Positions 9,007 to 17,103 of a stretch of DNA of 32,000 nt are shown piece after piece. Source of the stretch: Aeropyrum pernix K1. Lineage in GTDB: Archaea; Thermoproteota; Thermoprotei_A; Sulfolobales; Acidilobaceae. The notes under the pieces were generated by a model. That model was not told the origin of the DNA and ran no database searches. It worked only from the letters and a program-made list of their open reading frames with translations. Made by a program: the position numbers and the translations under genes. Position 1 is the stretch's first letter. Each line of letters begins with the position of its first letter. Location of the stretch: contig NC_000854.2 of assembly GCF_000011125.1 (NCBI RefSeq), forward strand, positions 1,470,001-1,502,000, written 5' to 3'.

Positions 9007-9837
9007 GTGGCAACTCTAGGCGGGCGGGAGAGCTTCGACATAGAGTACTATGTGGTCGAGGTTAGGGGCCTGATAGCCCACAAGCCTCCAACGCCAGATG
9101 CAGAGCTTATAGGTGTCGAAGTGGGTCTTGAGATAGCGCCCAGGCCTTGGGTGGAGATGTGCAGATGGCACAGCGGCCCTCTGGACAGGCCGGACGACCC
9201 CCTCTCCAGGATATACTGCACTAGCCCCGCCCAGGGCTTCTGCAGGCAGCATAGGAGGAGCGAGAGAGCCCTCTACGACGAGTGCTTCGGCTCCCAGGGG
9301 GAGAGGGGGCTGTGGGCTTGCAAGGCCCTGGACGAGACGGCTTCTATGGAGTACGCCGTCTACCTGACGGCCTTCTACAGCCCCTCCGCCCCTGTCAAGG
9401 TCGGGGTCACCAGGAGGTTTAGGCTCCTGGAGAGGGTGGCTGAGCAGCCCCACATAGCAGCGACCGCGGTAGCCTTCCTCGACAGCGCCTACAAAGCAAG
9501 GCTCCTCGAGATAGAGATCGGCAGGAGAGGCATAGCAAGGCAGTCGACGAGGAAGACAAGAATCGCGAGATATATCAGGAGGATGGAGCCCCTTATAGCC
9601 CTTAGGAGGGCGGCGGAGGAGGCCTCAAGCCTTGCGGGGGAAAACTGGGGCGGAAAGCTCTTCGCCATCGAACCCCCCGGGAGCATCTCAGACCCCGCGC
9701 AACCTAGGCCGGGGCTCAAATTCACCCTAGGAGGCTACTGGGGAGGCCTCCTCGGCCTCCGCAGCAGAGGGGCGACAATCTGGGTTAAGTCTGGCGATAT
9801 CATGCACAAGACGAGCCTGGCCTACGCTGAGGCCTAG
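9007..9837 (+). CDS. Conserved hypothetical protein with a Cys/His-rich N-region and a DUF2797-like core
   Basis: The ORF is open from 8827, but that part overlaps the kinase. GTG at 9007 is preceded by AGGAGG with about 6 nt spacing. The segment YAVYLTAFYSPSAPVKVGVTRRF-LLERVAEQP resembles my recollection of DUF2797 (VYLA..KVGIT..R..EQGA). The family assignment is tentative. Confidence 0.5.
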   Translation: MATLGGRESFDIEYYVVEVRGLIAHKPPTPDAELIGVEVGLEIAPRPWVEMCRWHSGPLDRPDDPLSRIYCTSPAQGFCRQHRRSERALYDECFGSQGERGLWACKALDETASMEYAVYLTAFYSPSAPVKVGVTRRFRLLERVAEQPHIAATAVAFLDSAYKARLLEIEIGRRGIARQSTRKTRIARYIRRMEPLIALRRAAEEASSLAGENWGGKLFAIEPPGSISDPAQPRPGLKFTLGGYWGGLLGLRSRGATIWVKSGDIMHKTSLAYAEA

Positions 9838-9849
9838 AGCTTAATGTAT

Positions 9850-10092
9850 TCATGAAGGCTTCTCCTCCCTTTCGAGAGCCCTTGAGAGTACGAGAGACCT
9901 AGCGAGGCTGACGGAGGCTGATAGCAGCGCGAGGCCTATCAGGGCGGCGAGCAGGCTGGCGGCGACCCTCGGCTCCTCGAGTGTTATGAGGCTGAGCGCG
10001 TTTCCGAAGAAGTAGAGTGAAAGAGCCGCGAATAACATTGCAAGCCCAATAGCAACTATCTCGGGTAGCCTACCCTCAAGCCTTCTAGACAA
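9850..10092 (-). CDS. Small membrane protein (two predicted TM helices), unknown function
   Basis: 80 aa with two long hydrophobic stretches. A TATA-like AGATATTTAC lies about 40 nt upstream on the minus strand (plus 10127-10140). Confidence 0.5.
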   Translation of the reverse strand: MSRRLEGRLPEIVAIGLAMLFAALSLYFFGNALSLITLEEPRVAASLLAALIGLALLSASVSLARSLVLSRALEREEKPS

Positions 10093-10335
10093 CCCGGGGC
10101 CATCCCCAAACGAACCCTAGTGGGAGTATGGGTAAATATCTTAGCAGCTCCTGTAAACCGCCGTTCCCAACGGGGTGGAGGGCGTCAGCCAGGGGTTCGA
10201 GCCTCACCAGGACCCAAGACGCCCCAGACCGGGCGTCTGAGCCCCTCGGTAGCGGCAGACTTCATCAAAGCCCTCCTGTCACGCTCTACCCGGTTTTATG
10301 TGTAGCGGGCTAGGGGCTTTTGCCCACAGAGTCTA

Positions 10336-10776
10336 CTACCCCCTGGCGGACAGGTTTATGAGGTATGTGATGAACTGTGCTGCAATAGAGGGCAGGACTA
10401 GGAAGCCAAGTATTATACCGTATAGGGGGCCGGCGTCGAACTCCACTGTGACGCTAGCCCCCTCTGCAGCGTATTCTAGGTTAACAACCCCTTCACCCAC
10501 CAGCGCCATCGTGAGTATAAAGCCTAGGAGAAGGGCTGAGGACCTGAATACGGGTTCTAGAACCGTGCCTTTCAGCCCTCTCGCCGCTATCACAAGGAGG
10601 TAAATCGCCAGTACAAGTGTGCCAGCCCCACTGAGACCCATCCCCCCCTGAGGTAGGGATATGAGGCCGGGCAGCACGACCGCGAATATAAGCACTACGG
10701 CCGCCAGGTCTAGAAGACCTATGGCGGCGGCCCTGGCAAACCTTAACAGCCATCCCAGGACCTCGTCCCTAGCCAT
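10336..10776 (-). CDS. Integral membrane protein (about 4 TM), unknown function
   Basis: 146 aa, hydrophobic throughout. It is the last gene of a three-gene minus-strand cluster with 5-29 nt spacers. Confidence 0.6.
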   Translation of the reverse strand: MARDEVLGWLLRFARAAAIGLLDLAAVVLIFAVVLPGLISLPQGGMGLSGAGTLVLAIYLLVIAARGLKGTVLEPVFRSSALLLGFILTMALVGEGVVNLEYAAEGASVTVEFDAGPLYGIILGFLVLPSIAAQFITYLINLSARG

Positions 10777-10781
10777 AGACC

Positions 10782-11153
10782 CTAGCCTCCTGCAGTCTCG
10801 ACCCCTATGTCTAGCCTTAACCTGTAGAGCCCCGCTATCCTGGCCTCGAAAACAATGTCCTCCACGGATTCTGCAGCTCCGGGGGGCAGCTCTACCTCAA
10901 TGTAACCCCCAGGCCCGAGGTCCTCGGGGCCACCCTGGTAAGACTGCCCGTCTGCAATGATTATTAGGCGTGCGCCAGAGAGTTCCACGGACCCGCTGTA
11001 CTCAAGCCTAACAACTAGAGCTCCCCCCCTCTCATAATAGTCAAGCTGGAAAGCCCCCTCGTTGACGTCGGCGGCGAAGTCATAGAGCGGGGCGGCAGCA
11101 ATGGCTGTGAGCAACAGCCCTGAAGCGAATATAAACAGCTCGAGGATCCTCAT
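10782..11153 (-). CDS. Signal-anchored or secreted small protein, unknown function
   Basis: 123 aa. It has an N-terminal hydrophobic segment (MRILELFIFASGLLLTAIAAAP) followed by a soluble beta-rich-looking domain. Confidence 0.6.
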   Translation of the reverse strand: MRILELFIFASGLLLTAIAAAPLYDFAADVNEGAFQLDYYERGGALVVRLEYSGSVELSGARLIIIADGQSYQGGPEDLGPGGYIEVELPPGAAESVEDIVFEARIAGLYRLRLDIGVETAGG

Positions 11154-11182
11154 CCCCCACCCCCTCTGGATCTAGGGGCAAT

Positions 11183-11479
11183 TCACCCCCGCTCCCGGGG
11201 GCATCCTCTAAAGAGATCTACACCCCTAGAGAGCACTACCGAGCCCGCTGCCAACGCTATGGCGAGGAAGGCCACCCTGACAAGCATGTCTATCAGGATG
11301 CTGCTATTCACCGTTATCGCCTCCGCTATACTAGCGGCAGGCTCCACGTTCACCCTGAAACTCCTGTAAGCGTCGTAGGCTGTGTAGAAGACGAACCCGA
11401 CCATGGCGAGCCCAAGTATTATGAGGAGTGCACCCACGCCGACGGAGGCGATATTGCCCAGCAAAATGTAGGCCACCAA
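11183..11479 (-). CDS. Small membrane protein (2-3 TM), unknown function
   Basis: 98 aa and the first gene of the membrane cluster, with hydrophobic N- and C-terminal helices. Confidence 0.6.
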   Translation of the reverse strand: MVAYILLGNIASVGVGALLIILGLAMVGFVFYTAYDAYRSFRVNVEPAASIAEAITVNSSILIDMLVRVAFLAIALAAGSVVLSRGVDLFRGCPRERG

Positions 11480-11571
11480 GGCTCAATTGGTGGAGAGGAG
11501 GTGTTGAAAAGGCTTTAGCCCCGGATACAGTCCTCTGGCTTAGCGTTGATGATCTAAACCCTATTACCACC

Positions 11572-12921
11572 TCACCTTCTCGACGCAGGTATCTCCTCAG
11601 GCTCGTAGTCCTCAAGTGTACCGTCTAGGTACTCCCTATAGCCTTGTAGATCTAGGAGGCCGTGGCCGCTAAGGTTGAAAGCTATCACTACCCTCCTACC
11701 CTCATCCCTCGCCTTGATTGCCTCGTCTATCGCGGCCTTCACCGCATGAGCACTCTCAGGAGCCGGCACTATACCCTCTGCCTTCGCGAACATGTGTGCC
11801 GCCCTGAACACCTCTCGCTGGTGGTAGGCCCTCGCCTCCACTATGCCGTGCTTTAGAAGCACGCTTAGAGTGGGCGCTACACCGTGGTACCTCAGCCCCC
11901 CGGCGTGTATAGGGGGGACCTGGTATGTGTGGCCTAGGGTGTGCATCTTGAGGAGGGGTGTGAGCCCCGCTGTATCGCCGTAGTCGTACGTGTAGACTCC
12001 CCGCGTCATGCTAGGGCTTGCCTTAGGCTCTACCGCTATGAACCTGGTGGAGCTTGAGCCCTTTAGCCTGTGCCTTATGAAGGGGTAGGTGAAGCCCGCG
12101 AAGTTGCTGCCCCCGCCCACGGCGCCTATCATTATGTCTGGGTAGACACCCGCCTCTCTGAACTGCTTCTCAGCCTCAAGGCCTATCACTGTCTGGTGGA
12201 GGAGGACATGGTTAAGCACGCTGCCTAGGCTGTACTTAGCGTTACCACCGCTGTTGATAACGTCCTCTATAGCCTCGCTTATCGCTATCCCCAGGCTTCC
12301 AGGGTGGTTGGGGTTCTCGGCGAGAAGCTTTCTCCCAAACTCTGTTTTATCGCTTGGGCTCGGGTAGACCTCAGCCCCGTAAAGCTCCATCAGCGTCCGC
12401 CTATAGGGCTTCTGGAGGTAGCTCACCCTCACCATGTACACTCTAACCTTCACGCCGAAGTAGGCTCCAGCGGCTGAGAGGGCCGACCCCCATTGGCCGG
12501 CTCCAGTCTCGGTGACCAGCCTCTCAACCCCCTCCAGCTTGTTGTAGTACGCTTGGGCTAGCGCCGTGTTTATCTTGTGGCTCCCCGTGGGGGTTACACC
12601 CTCGTACTTATAGTAGATTTCCGCGGGCGTATTCAGCGCTCTCTCCAGGTTAACTGCTCTAAGGAGGGGGGTTGGCCTCCTGGCGAACGATATGTAGGCT
12701 TCGTGGACTTCGCCGGGTATCTCGATATACCTCTCCCTACTGACCTCCTGCTCTATCAACGCTTTTGGAAAGAGCTTGGCGAGGGCTGACGGGTCCACTG
12801 GCTCCCCTGTCTTGGGGTTCAGAGGGGGAGGAACCTCCTCTGGGAGGTCTGGGAGGATGTTGTACCAGGATGTGGGGACCTCCTCTATGGAGAGGTCGAA
12901 CCTGTACCTAGCTAAATCCAT
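11572..12921 (-). CDS. trpB2: Tryptophan synthase beta chain, TrpB2 subfamily
   Basis: 449 aa. It has the PLP lysine motif [15 protein letters not shown] and the long N-terminal extension typical of TrpB2. No other trp genes are nearby. Confidence 0.9.
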   Translation of the reverse strand: MDLARYRFDLSIEEVPTSWYNILPDLPEEVPPPLNPKTGEPVDPSALAKLFPKALIEQEVSRERYIEIPGEVHEAYISFARRPTPLLRAVNLERALNTPAEIYYKYEGVTPTGSHKINTALAQAYYNKLEGVERLVTETGAGQWGSALSAAGAYFGVKVRVYMVRVSYLQKPYRRTLMELYGAEVYPSPSDKTEFGRKLLAENPNHPGSLGIAISEAIEDVINSGGNAKYSLGSVLNHVLLHQTVIGLEAEKQFREAGVYPDIMIGAVGGGSNFAGFTYPFIRHRLKGSSSTRFIAVEPKASPSMTRGVYTYDYGDTAGLTPLLKMHTLGHTYQVPPIHAGGLRYHGVAPTLSVLLKHGIVEARAYHQREVFRAAHMFAKAEGIVPAPESAHAVKAAIDEAIKARDEGRRVVIAFNLSGHGLLDLQGYREYLDGTLEDYEPEEIPASRR

Positions 12922-12990
12922 TGGCGCCGCATCATCCTCGACCGGGTTGGAGGATAGTTGTGTCTACCCCCATTTAAGCGTTTCCCCGTC

Positions 12991-14715
12991 CTACTTGTGT
13001 GTGTATATCACCCTGTAGACCCCGTCTTCCACGCTGTCCACCCTCACAAAACCGTACCTTACAAACTGTAGGCGGCTGTCAACCCCATAGCCCCTAATAG
13101 CGTCCTCAGCGTAGCCCTGGTGCCTCCTGAGCTCCAGCTCGACGGGCTCGAGTACCTCTACGCTAGCTTCTCCGCCCTTCTTCACCCATTGTACTATAGG
13201 TAGCTTCATTCTCCTCGCATACTCGAGGCTGGGATCCACCTCCCTCAATATGCCTTGGCTGACGGTGAAGTTTGATAGGCCCATGAGCCTCAGTTGCCTA
13301 CCCTCTACTGCGTCCTCCCTTGTGAGGAGAACCTTGTCCCCCGTGCACAAGGTTATCCTCCTCTTCCTCTGGGGGCGGCTCGGGTGGAACGGTATCTCCG
13401 CGGCTCTGCACTCCACCTGGGCCAGCTCGACCTCCATCTCAACGGGGTCTTCGACATACATTATCCTGTCCGCCCGCTCGTCCAGCAGCTTCCTATTAGC
13501 GGCCGCCAGGTTTGCCCAGCTTATTGTAGCGTCCGTGGGCTTGACCCCCACCTCGAGTATTATCTGTCTTATGGCCTCCGCCAGCACACCCCTCCTCCTC
13601 AGCCCGGCTATCGTGCCGAAGCGGGGGTCGTCGTAGCCCATGAACTCTCCTGGCCTCTCTTCGAGGAGCTTTCTTATCTTGCTCTTGCTCAGTATAAACC
13701 CCTCCAGCTTTAGCCTGCCGAAGTGGATGAAGTACGGCGGCCTCCAGCCCATACACCTGTAGACGGCAAGCTGCTTCTCGGTGTTCAGCTGGTGCTCCTT
13801 ACCCCTGAGCACGTGGGTTATCTCCATCATGTGGTCGTCGACGCTGACGGCGAAGTTATAGGTCGGCCACACCAGGTACCTGCTCCCCACGAGGGGGTGG
13901 GGGTGTTTCTCCGTGTCTATAATCCTCATGGCCACCCAGTCCCTCAGGCTGGGGTTGGGGTGGCGCGGGTCCGTCTTCATCCTCACAACAGCCTCCCCCT
14001 CGTAAAACTCTCCTTCAAGCATCTTCTCAAACAGCTCCAGATTATCCTCGGGGCCAAGATCCCTGGTCGGACAATACTCTCCACGCGAGAGCAGCTCCTT
14101 ACCCTCTCTCCCACAGTTGTCGACGTAGGCGCACCCCCGCTCTATAGCCCTTCTGGCTACGCTGTAGAAGACCTCCATCCTGAGGCTCTGGATGTACTCC
14201 TCGTCCCAGGAAACGCCAAGCCACTTGAGGTCCTGGCGGATGAGGTCGTACGCCTCCCGTAGGGGAGTCTTTGTCCTAGGGTCTGTGTCTTCGAACCGCA
14301 GCACCATCCTCCCCTTATACATCCTGGCGTACTCGTGGTTCACTATGGCCGGCCTAGCGTTGCCCATGTGTATCACAAAGTCTGGGTTGGGGGCGAACCT
14401 CAGCTTGACCCTGCCTTCCACGGCCCCGGGCAGCGGGGGTAGGCCTTTATCGCCTTTCTCGCGCTGCTCTTCAAACCTCGCTAGCTCCGGATACTGTTCT
14501 GAGAGGAGCCTCTTCTGCTCGCCAGCAGGCATGCTGTTCACCTGCTCCACGACCCTTGCAGCCAGGGAGGCTATCTCCCTCGCCCTACTCCTAAGCTCAG
14601 GATGGTCCCCTAGGAGCATTGACATGACGCTCCCGACGCTAGCCCTCCCGCCATGCTTTACAGCATCCCTCAGAGCATACCCTAGAAGCAGCCTCTCTAA
14701 ATCCTCCGAACCCAA
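12991..14715 (-). CDS. gltX: Glutamyl-tRNA synthetase (archaeal/eukaryal type)
   Basis: 574 aa. It has a class I HIGH-like motif (FAPNPDFVIHMGNARPA) and a KMSKS-like motif (ILSKSKIRK), plus the archaeal GluRS C-terminal anticodon-binding region. TTG start. Confidence 0.92.
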   Translation of the reverse strand: MGSEDLERLLLGYALRDAVKHGGRASVGSVMSMLLGDHPELRSRAREIASLAARVVEQVNSMPAGEQKRLLSEQYPELARFEEQREKGDKGLPPLPGAVEGRVKLRFAPNPDFVIHMGNARPAIVNHEYARMYKGRMVLRFEDTDPRTKTPLREAYDLIRQDLKWLGVSWDEEYIQSLRMEVFYSVARRAIERGCAYVDNCGREGKELLSRGEYCPTRDLGPEDNLELFEKMLEGEFYEGEAVVRMKTDPRHPNPSLRDWVAMRIIDTEKHPHPLVGSRYLVWPTYNFAVSVDDHMMEITHVLRGKEHQLNTEKQLAVYRCMGWRPPYFIHFGRLKLEGFILSKSKIRKLLEERPGEFMGYDDPRFGTIAGLRRRGVLAEAIRQIILEVGVKPTDATISWANLAAANRKLLDERADRIMYVEDPVEMEVELAQVECRAAEIPFHPSRPQRKRRITLCTGDKVLLTREDAVEGRQLRLMGLSNFTVSQGILREVDPSLEYARRMKLPIVQWVKKGGEASVEVLEPVELELRRHQGYAEDAIRGYGVDSRLQFVRYGFVRVDSVEDGVYRVIYTHK

Positions 14716-14762
14716 CCTGTTGACCCCAGAAGCTATCGGTTAGCCCTCGGGATCCCTTATAC

Positions 14763-15377
14763 ATGGGTGCCATGGAGTTGGCGGGGCATAGCCTCTCTGA
14801 GGGTGTGTGGCTAGAGTTTGTCGCAGCCCCCTGCGGGGAGAGGTACACCATGCCCCTGGGGGTCATGGGCTCGGGTGGGGCTTGGAGGTTCAGGCTCTAC
14901 CCGGGCGTCGGCCTGTTATCTATAGCGGAGTCGAGGGGCTGGAGGCTGGATCTCAGGCTCCTCACACCCCTAGACCCCCTCGCCTATATGGAGAGCTATC
15001 TACACCGCCTAGAGGAGAGGCTCTCCTACCGGGGCGGCTGTCCTGAGCCTGATCCCGCCCTCGGATCCTGGTACGCCTGCCCAGCTGTGAAGGAGGGTGT
15101 GGAGGATGGGGCGGTGTGGTTCAGGTGCAAGAGCCTCAGGCCTCTGGCCAGCGCGCCGCAGCACCCCTACTACAGGGCGTACGGCTGCTTCGTGGAGCTC
15201 CTTATAGCTGCCACGAAGGCCAGGGCTGGTTTCAGGGAGTATCTGGGGCTGGAATTAGGCGTGCTGGGCAGGAGCCTCTACGCCTGTGTGGAGAAGAGCG
15301 CGCCCGGGAGGAGGGATCTAGTGGAGGCGGCCCAGCTTGCCCTGCAGGATCTTCTACAGGCTGCTGGAGAGGCTTGA
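14763..15377 (+). CDS. Hypothetical protein
   Basis: 204 aa ORF with an ATG start. I recognise no family motif. It overlaps the downstream MptE-like ORF by 41 nt on the same strand. Confidence 0.5.
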   Translation: MGAMELAGHSLSEGVWLEFVAAPCGERYTMPLGVMGSGGAWRFRLYPGVGLLSIAESRGWRLDLRLLTPLDPLAYMESYLHRLEERLSYRGGCPEPDPALGSWYACPAVKEGVEDGAVWFRCKSLRPLASAPQHPYYRAYGCFVELLIAATKARAGFREYLGLELGVLGRSLYACVEKSAPGRRDLVEAAQLALQDLLQAAGEA

Positions 15378-16074
15378 GCCCCTAGAAGCCGTATACACTG
15401 GGGTAGTGGAGACCGTCATGGGCCACCCTCGCCATAGGGAGACGGCGGCCCAGCTGAGGGCTAGTGCAGACCCTCTCGAGACCTGTGAAGCCTTGGCCTG
15501 GCTCCTAGAGCTGGTTGAGGGTAGGAGGGTATGCATCATAGGGCCGCGTGCAGGTGGCCAGGAGGGGGGTAGCGGCTGCGAGGTCCTAGCCGGCCCGGAG
15601 GCCGCCGTCCTCTGGGCTGCCAGCCGGGGTGTGAGGCTACACTATACAACCGGGGATGGGGACCTCGACCCGCTGCTAGCCTCCTCCATACAGGCCTACA
15701 CTCGAGTTTACATCCTCCACCTCCACGGCGACAACTGGTGGGTGACAACGCCCTGGAGGATAGCGGGCTTCATGAGAGCCTACTCTAGCCAGGTGCGGCC
15801 AGCCGCTCCAAACCCAGTACTAGCTCCTCTGGGCTACACGGACGGCGACCGCGCCGCGGTTCTAGCCATGGCCCTGGAGGCCGAGTCCATAGTTTTCCAG
15901 GGCTTCTGGGGCCAGCCCCTGGCACGCCACAAATCCTGGGAGGGTTCGCGCGGCGTCAAGGCTTTGAAGCTGAAGCTAGCGCGGAGAGTTGTGGAAGAGG
16001 CCGCGCGCTACATGGGCTATAAAATCAGAATGCGCTCTCTCTCGGGAGAGCCTTTGTGGCTTGAGAAGGCCTAG
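15337..16074 (+). CDS. MptE-like 6-hydroxymethyl-7,8-dihydropterin diphosphokinase (DUF115/COG1634 family)
   Basis: The ordered motifs TTGDGDLD, HLHGDN, GYTDGDRAA and KLKLA match my recollection of the MptE/DUF115 signature (DLDG, HAHGDN, GFTDGDRA). The start is uncertain, either TTG at 15337 or ATG at 15418. Confidence 0.55.
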   Translation: MPCRIFYRLLERLEPLEAVYTGVVETVMGHPRHRETAAQLRASADPLETCEALAWLLELVEGRRVCIIGPRAGGQEGGSGCEVLAGPEAAVLWAASRGVRLHYTTGDGDLDPLLASSIQAYTRVYILHLHGDNWWVTTPWRIAGFMRAYSSQVRPAAPNPVLAPLGYTDGDRAAVLAMALEAESIVFQGFWGQPLARHKSWEGSRGVKALKLKLARRVVEEAARYMGYKIRMRSLSGEPLWLEKA

Positions 16075-16089
16075 GATGCCCGGGGGATG

Positions 16090-16380
16090 CTAGCCATCCC
16101 CACCAGCCTTAACTACCTCTACAACACCGCCTGTCGCCTGCCCGGGGAGGGGCGGGTTGAACTTGACTACAACAACTCCACCCCTCCTCCCATGGAGCCT
16201 CAGCACCCTCCCCTTGTAGACGTTCCCATACCTGTCCCTGTAGAAAGCTATCCCCGAGACATACAAGCCGGCCTTCCTAGGATCGTCTAGGAGAAGCTTG
16301 ACGAGAGCGTGCTGAGGATACTGGGTGTTTGTACCCCTCCTGTAGCCGAGCACCACTCCCCTAGCTCTAGCCACAGCCAA
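16090..16380 (-). CDS. rpl35ae: 50S ribosomal protein L35Ae (eL33)
   Basis: ARGVVLGYRRGTNTQ...GRVLRLHGRRGGVVVVKFNPPLPGQATGGVVEVV aligns closely with archaeal L35Ae (GVVLSYRR...VHG.KG.V.A.F...LPGQA.G..VE). The track ORF runs to 16491 and overlaps the tRNA, so I trimmed it to TTG at 16380. GTG at 16374 is also possible. Confidence 0.85.
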   Translation of the reverse strand: MAVARARGVVLGYRRGTNTQYPQHALVKLLLDDPRKAGLYVSGIAFYRDRYGNVYKGRVLRLHGRRGGVVVVKFNPPLPGQATGGVVEVVKAGGDG

Positions 16381-16439
16381 GCCACCCCAGCGGGTTGAAT
16401 CGGATGTCGGAAGGCTAATATAGCTCAAGGCTGTAGGGG

Positions 16440-16515
16440 TGGTAGCCGGGCGGGGATTCGAACCCCGGTCACGGGGGCCAGAGCCCCGCATCCTGGGCCG
16501 CTAGACGACCCGGCT
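16440..16515 (-). tRNA. tRNA-Gln (anticodon CUG), CCA encoded
   Basis: A manual fold of the minus strand gives a standard cloverleaf of 76 nt. It has acceptor AGCCGGG/CCCGGCU, D stem GUCU/GGAU, anticodon stem CGGGG/CCCCG with loop CUCUGGC, T arm CGGGG-UUCGAAU-CCCCG, discriminator A and CCA. The A1:U72 pair is typical of archaeal tRNA-Gln. Confidence 0.9.
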
Positions 16516-16543
16516 ACCTGTCGATCCACTCCCGGCCTGTGGG

Positions 16544-16550
16544 TTAAATA
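16544..16550 (-). promoter_or_regulatory. TATA box (TATTTAA on the minus strand) for tRNA-Gln
   Basis: The plus strand reads ttaaata at 16544-16550, 29-35 nt upstream of the tRNA 5' end at 16515. This is canonical archaeal box A spacing. Confidence 0.45.
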
Positions 16551-16623
16551 GGTGTGCGGAGGGATTTAAGGATTTAGAGCCTGCAGGACGCGCCCCTAGG
16601 CTGCTCGTTAGGGGTGTGCGGTT

Positions 16624-17097
16624 GTGGGTGTTAACGAGGCTTACGAGGCGCTGCTCCGAGCCTGTGGCGACGGGGATTTTGAAGAGTGCAGGAGCGGCTA
16701 CCAAAGGTTTCTAGAAGAGGCGTGCAGGGAGGCTGGCACGTGTCCTAAGAGGAGGTCCTCGGGCGCTGGCCGGGGGAAATACGTGTGGGTGGAGAGCATA
16801 ATCAGGTCTGGAGTGCCCGACGGGCGCTCTAGGCTGATACTCTACGTTATAAGCAGGTATCTTGTCAACGTTAAGGGTCTAGAGCCCGGTGAGGCTGAGG
16901 CTGTCATAGACGAGTTCCTGAGGGTCTGCTGCGAGAAGCACGGCAACTGCAGGAAAATCTACAAATCATGGATTAGGAACGTGCTCAGGAGGGTTAGGGA
17001 GGGTGGGTGGAGGCCCTGGACGCTGGAGAGAATCAGGAGCGAGGACCCGGAGCTCTACAGGATTATAGAGCCTATAGTGTCCGCCGGCGGAGGCTAA
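16624..17097 (+). CDS. Cys-rich small protein with a primase C-terminal (PriCT/PriX)-like helical motif; function unproven
   Basis: 157 aa with a GTG start. The segment SIIRSGVPDGRSRLILYVISRYLVNVKGLEPGEAEAVIDEFL resembles the G-x-R-N/S...L...G.s.eea pattern of PriCT-type helix bundles. It has seven Cys, and its size is similar to Sulfolobus PriX as I recall it. Confidence 0.45.
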   Translation: MGVNEAYEALLRACGDGDFEECRSGYQRFLEEACREAGTCPKRRSSGAGRGKYVWVESIIRSGVPDGRSRLILYVISRYLVNVKGLEPGEAEAVIDEFLRVCCEKHGNCRKIYKSWIRNVLRRVREGGWRPWTLERIRSEDPELYRIIEPIVSAGGG

Positions 17098-17103
17098 ACA
17101 CTA

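Noticed and set aside
10185-10215. tRNA or tRNA pseudogene suggested by GGGGTTCGAGCC
   Set aside because: The flanking bases (AGGGG / CTCAC) do not form a T stem, and no acceptor, D or anticodon arms could be built on either strand. It is retained only as a possible remnant in the findings.
11541-11580. TGATGA (11547-11552) as a C box of an sRNA
   Set aside because: No D or D' box (CUGA) occurs at the proper distance, and the downstream sequence runs into the trpB2 coding 3' end.
16381-16491. N-terminal part of track ORF 16090..16491 (133 aa)
   Set aside because: This portion overlaps the tRNA-Gln gene on the same strand, and its sequence (MRGSGPRDRGSNPRPATTP...) is simply the tRNA read as codons. 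The L35Ae homology begins at about 16380.
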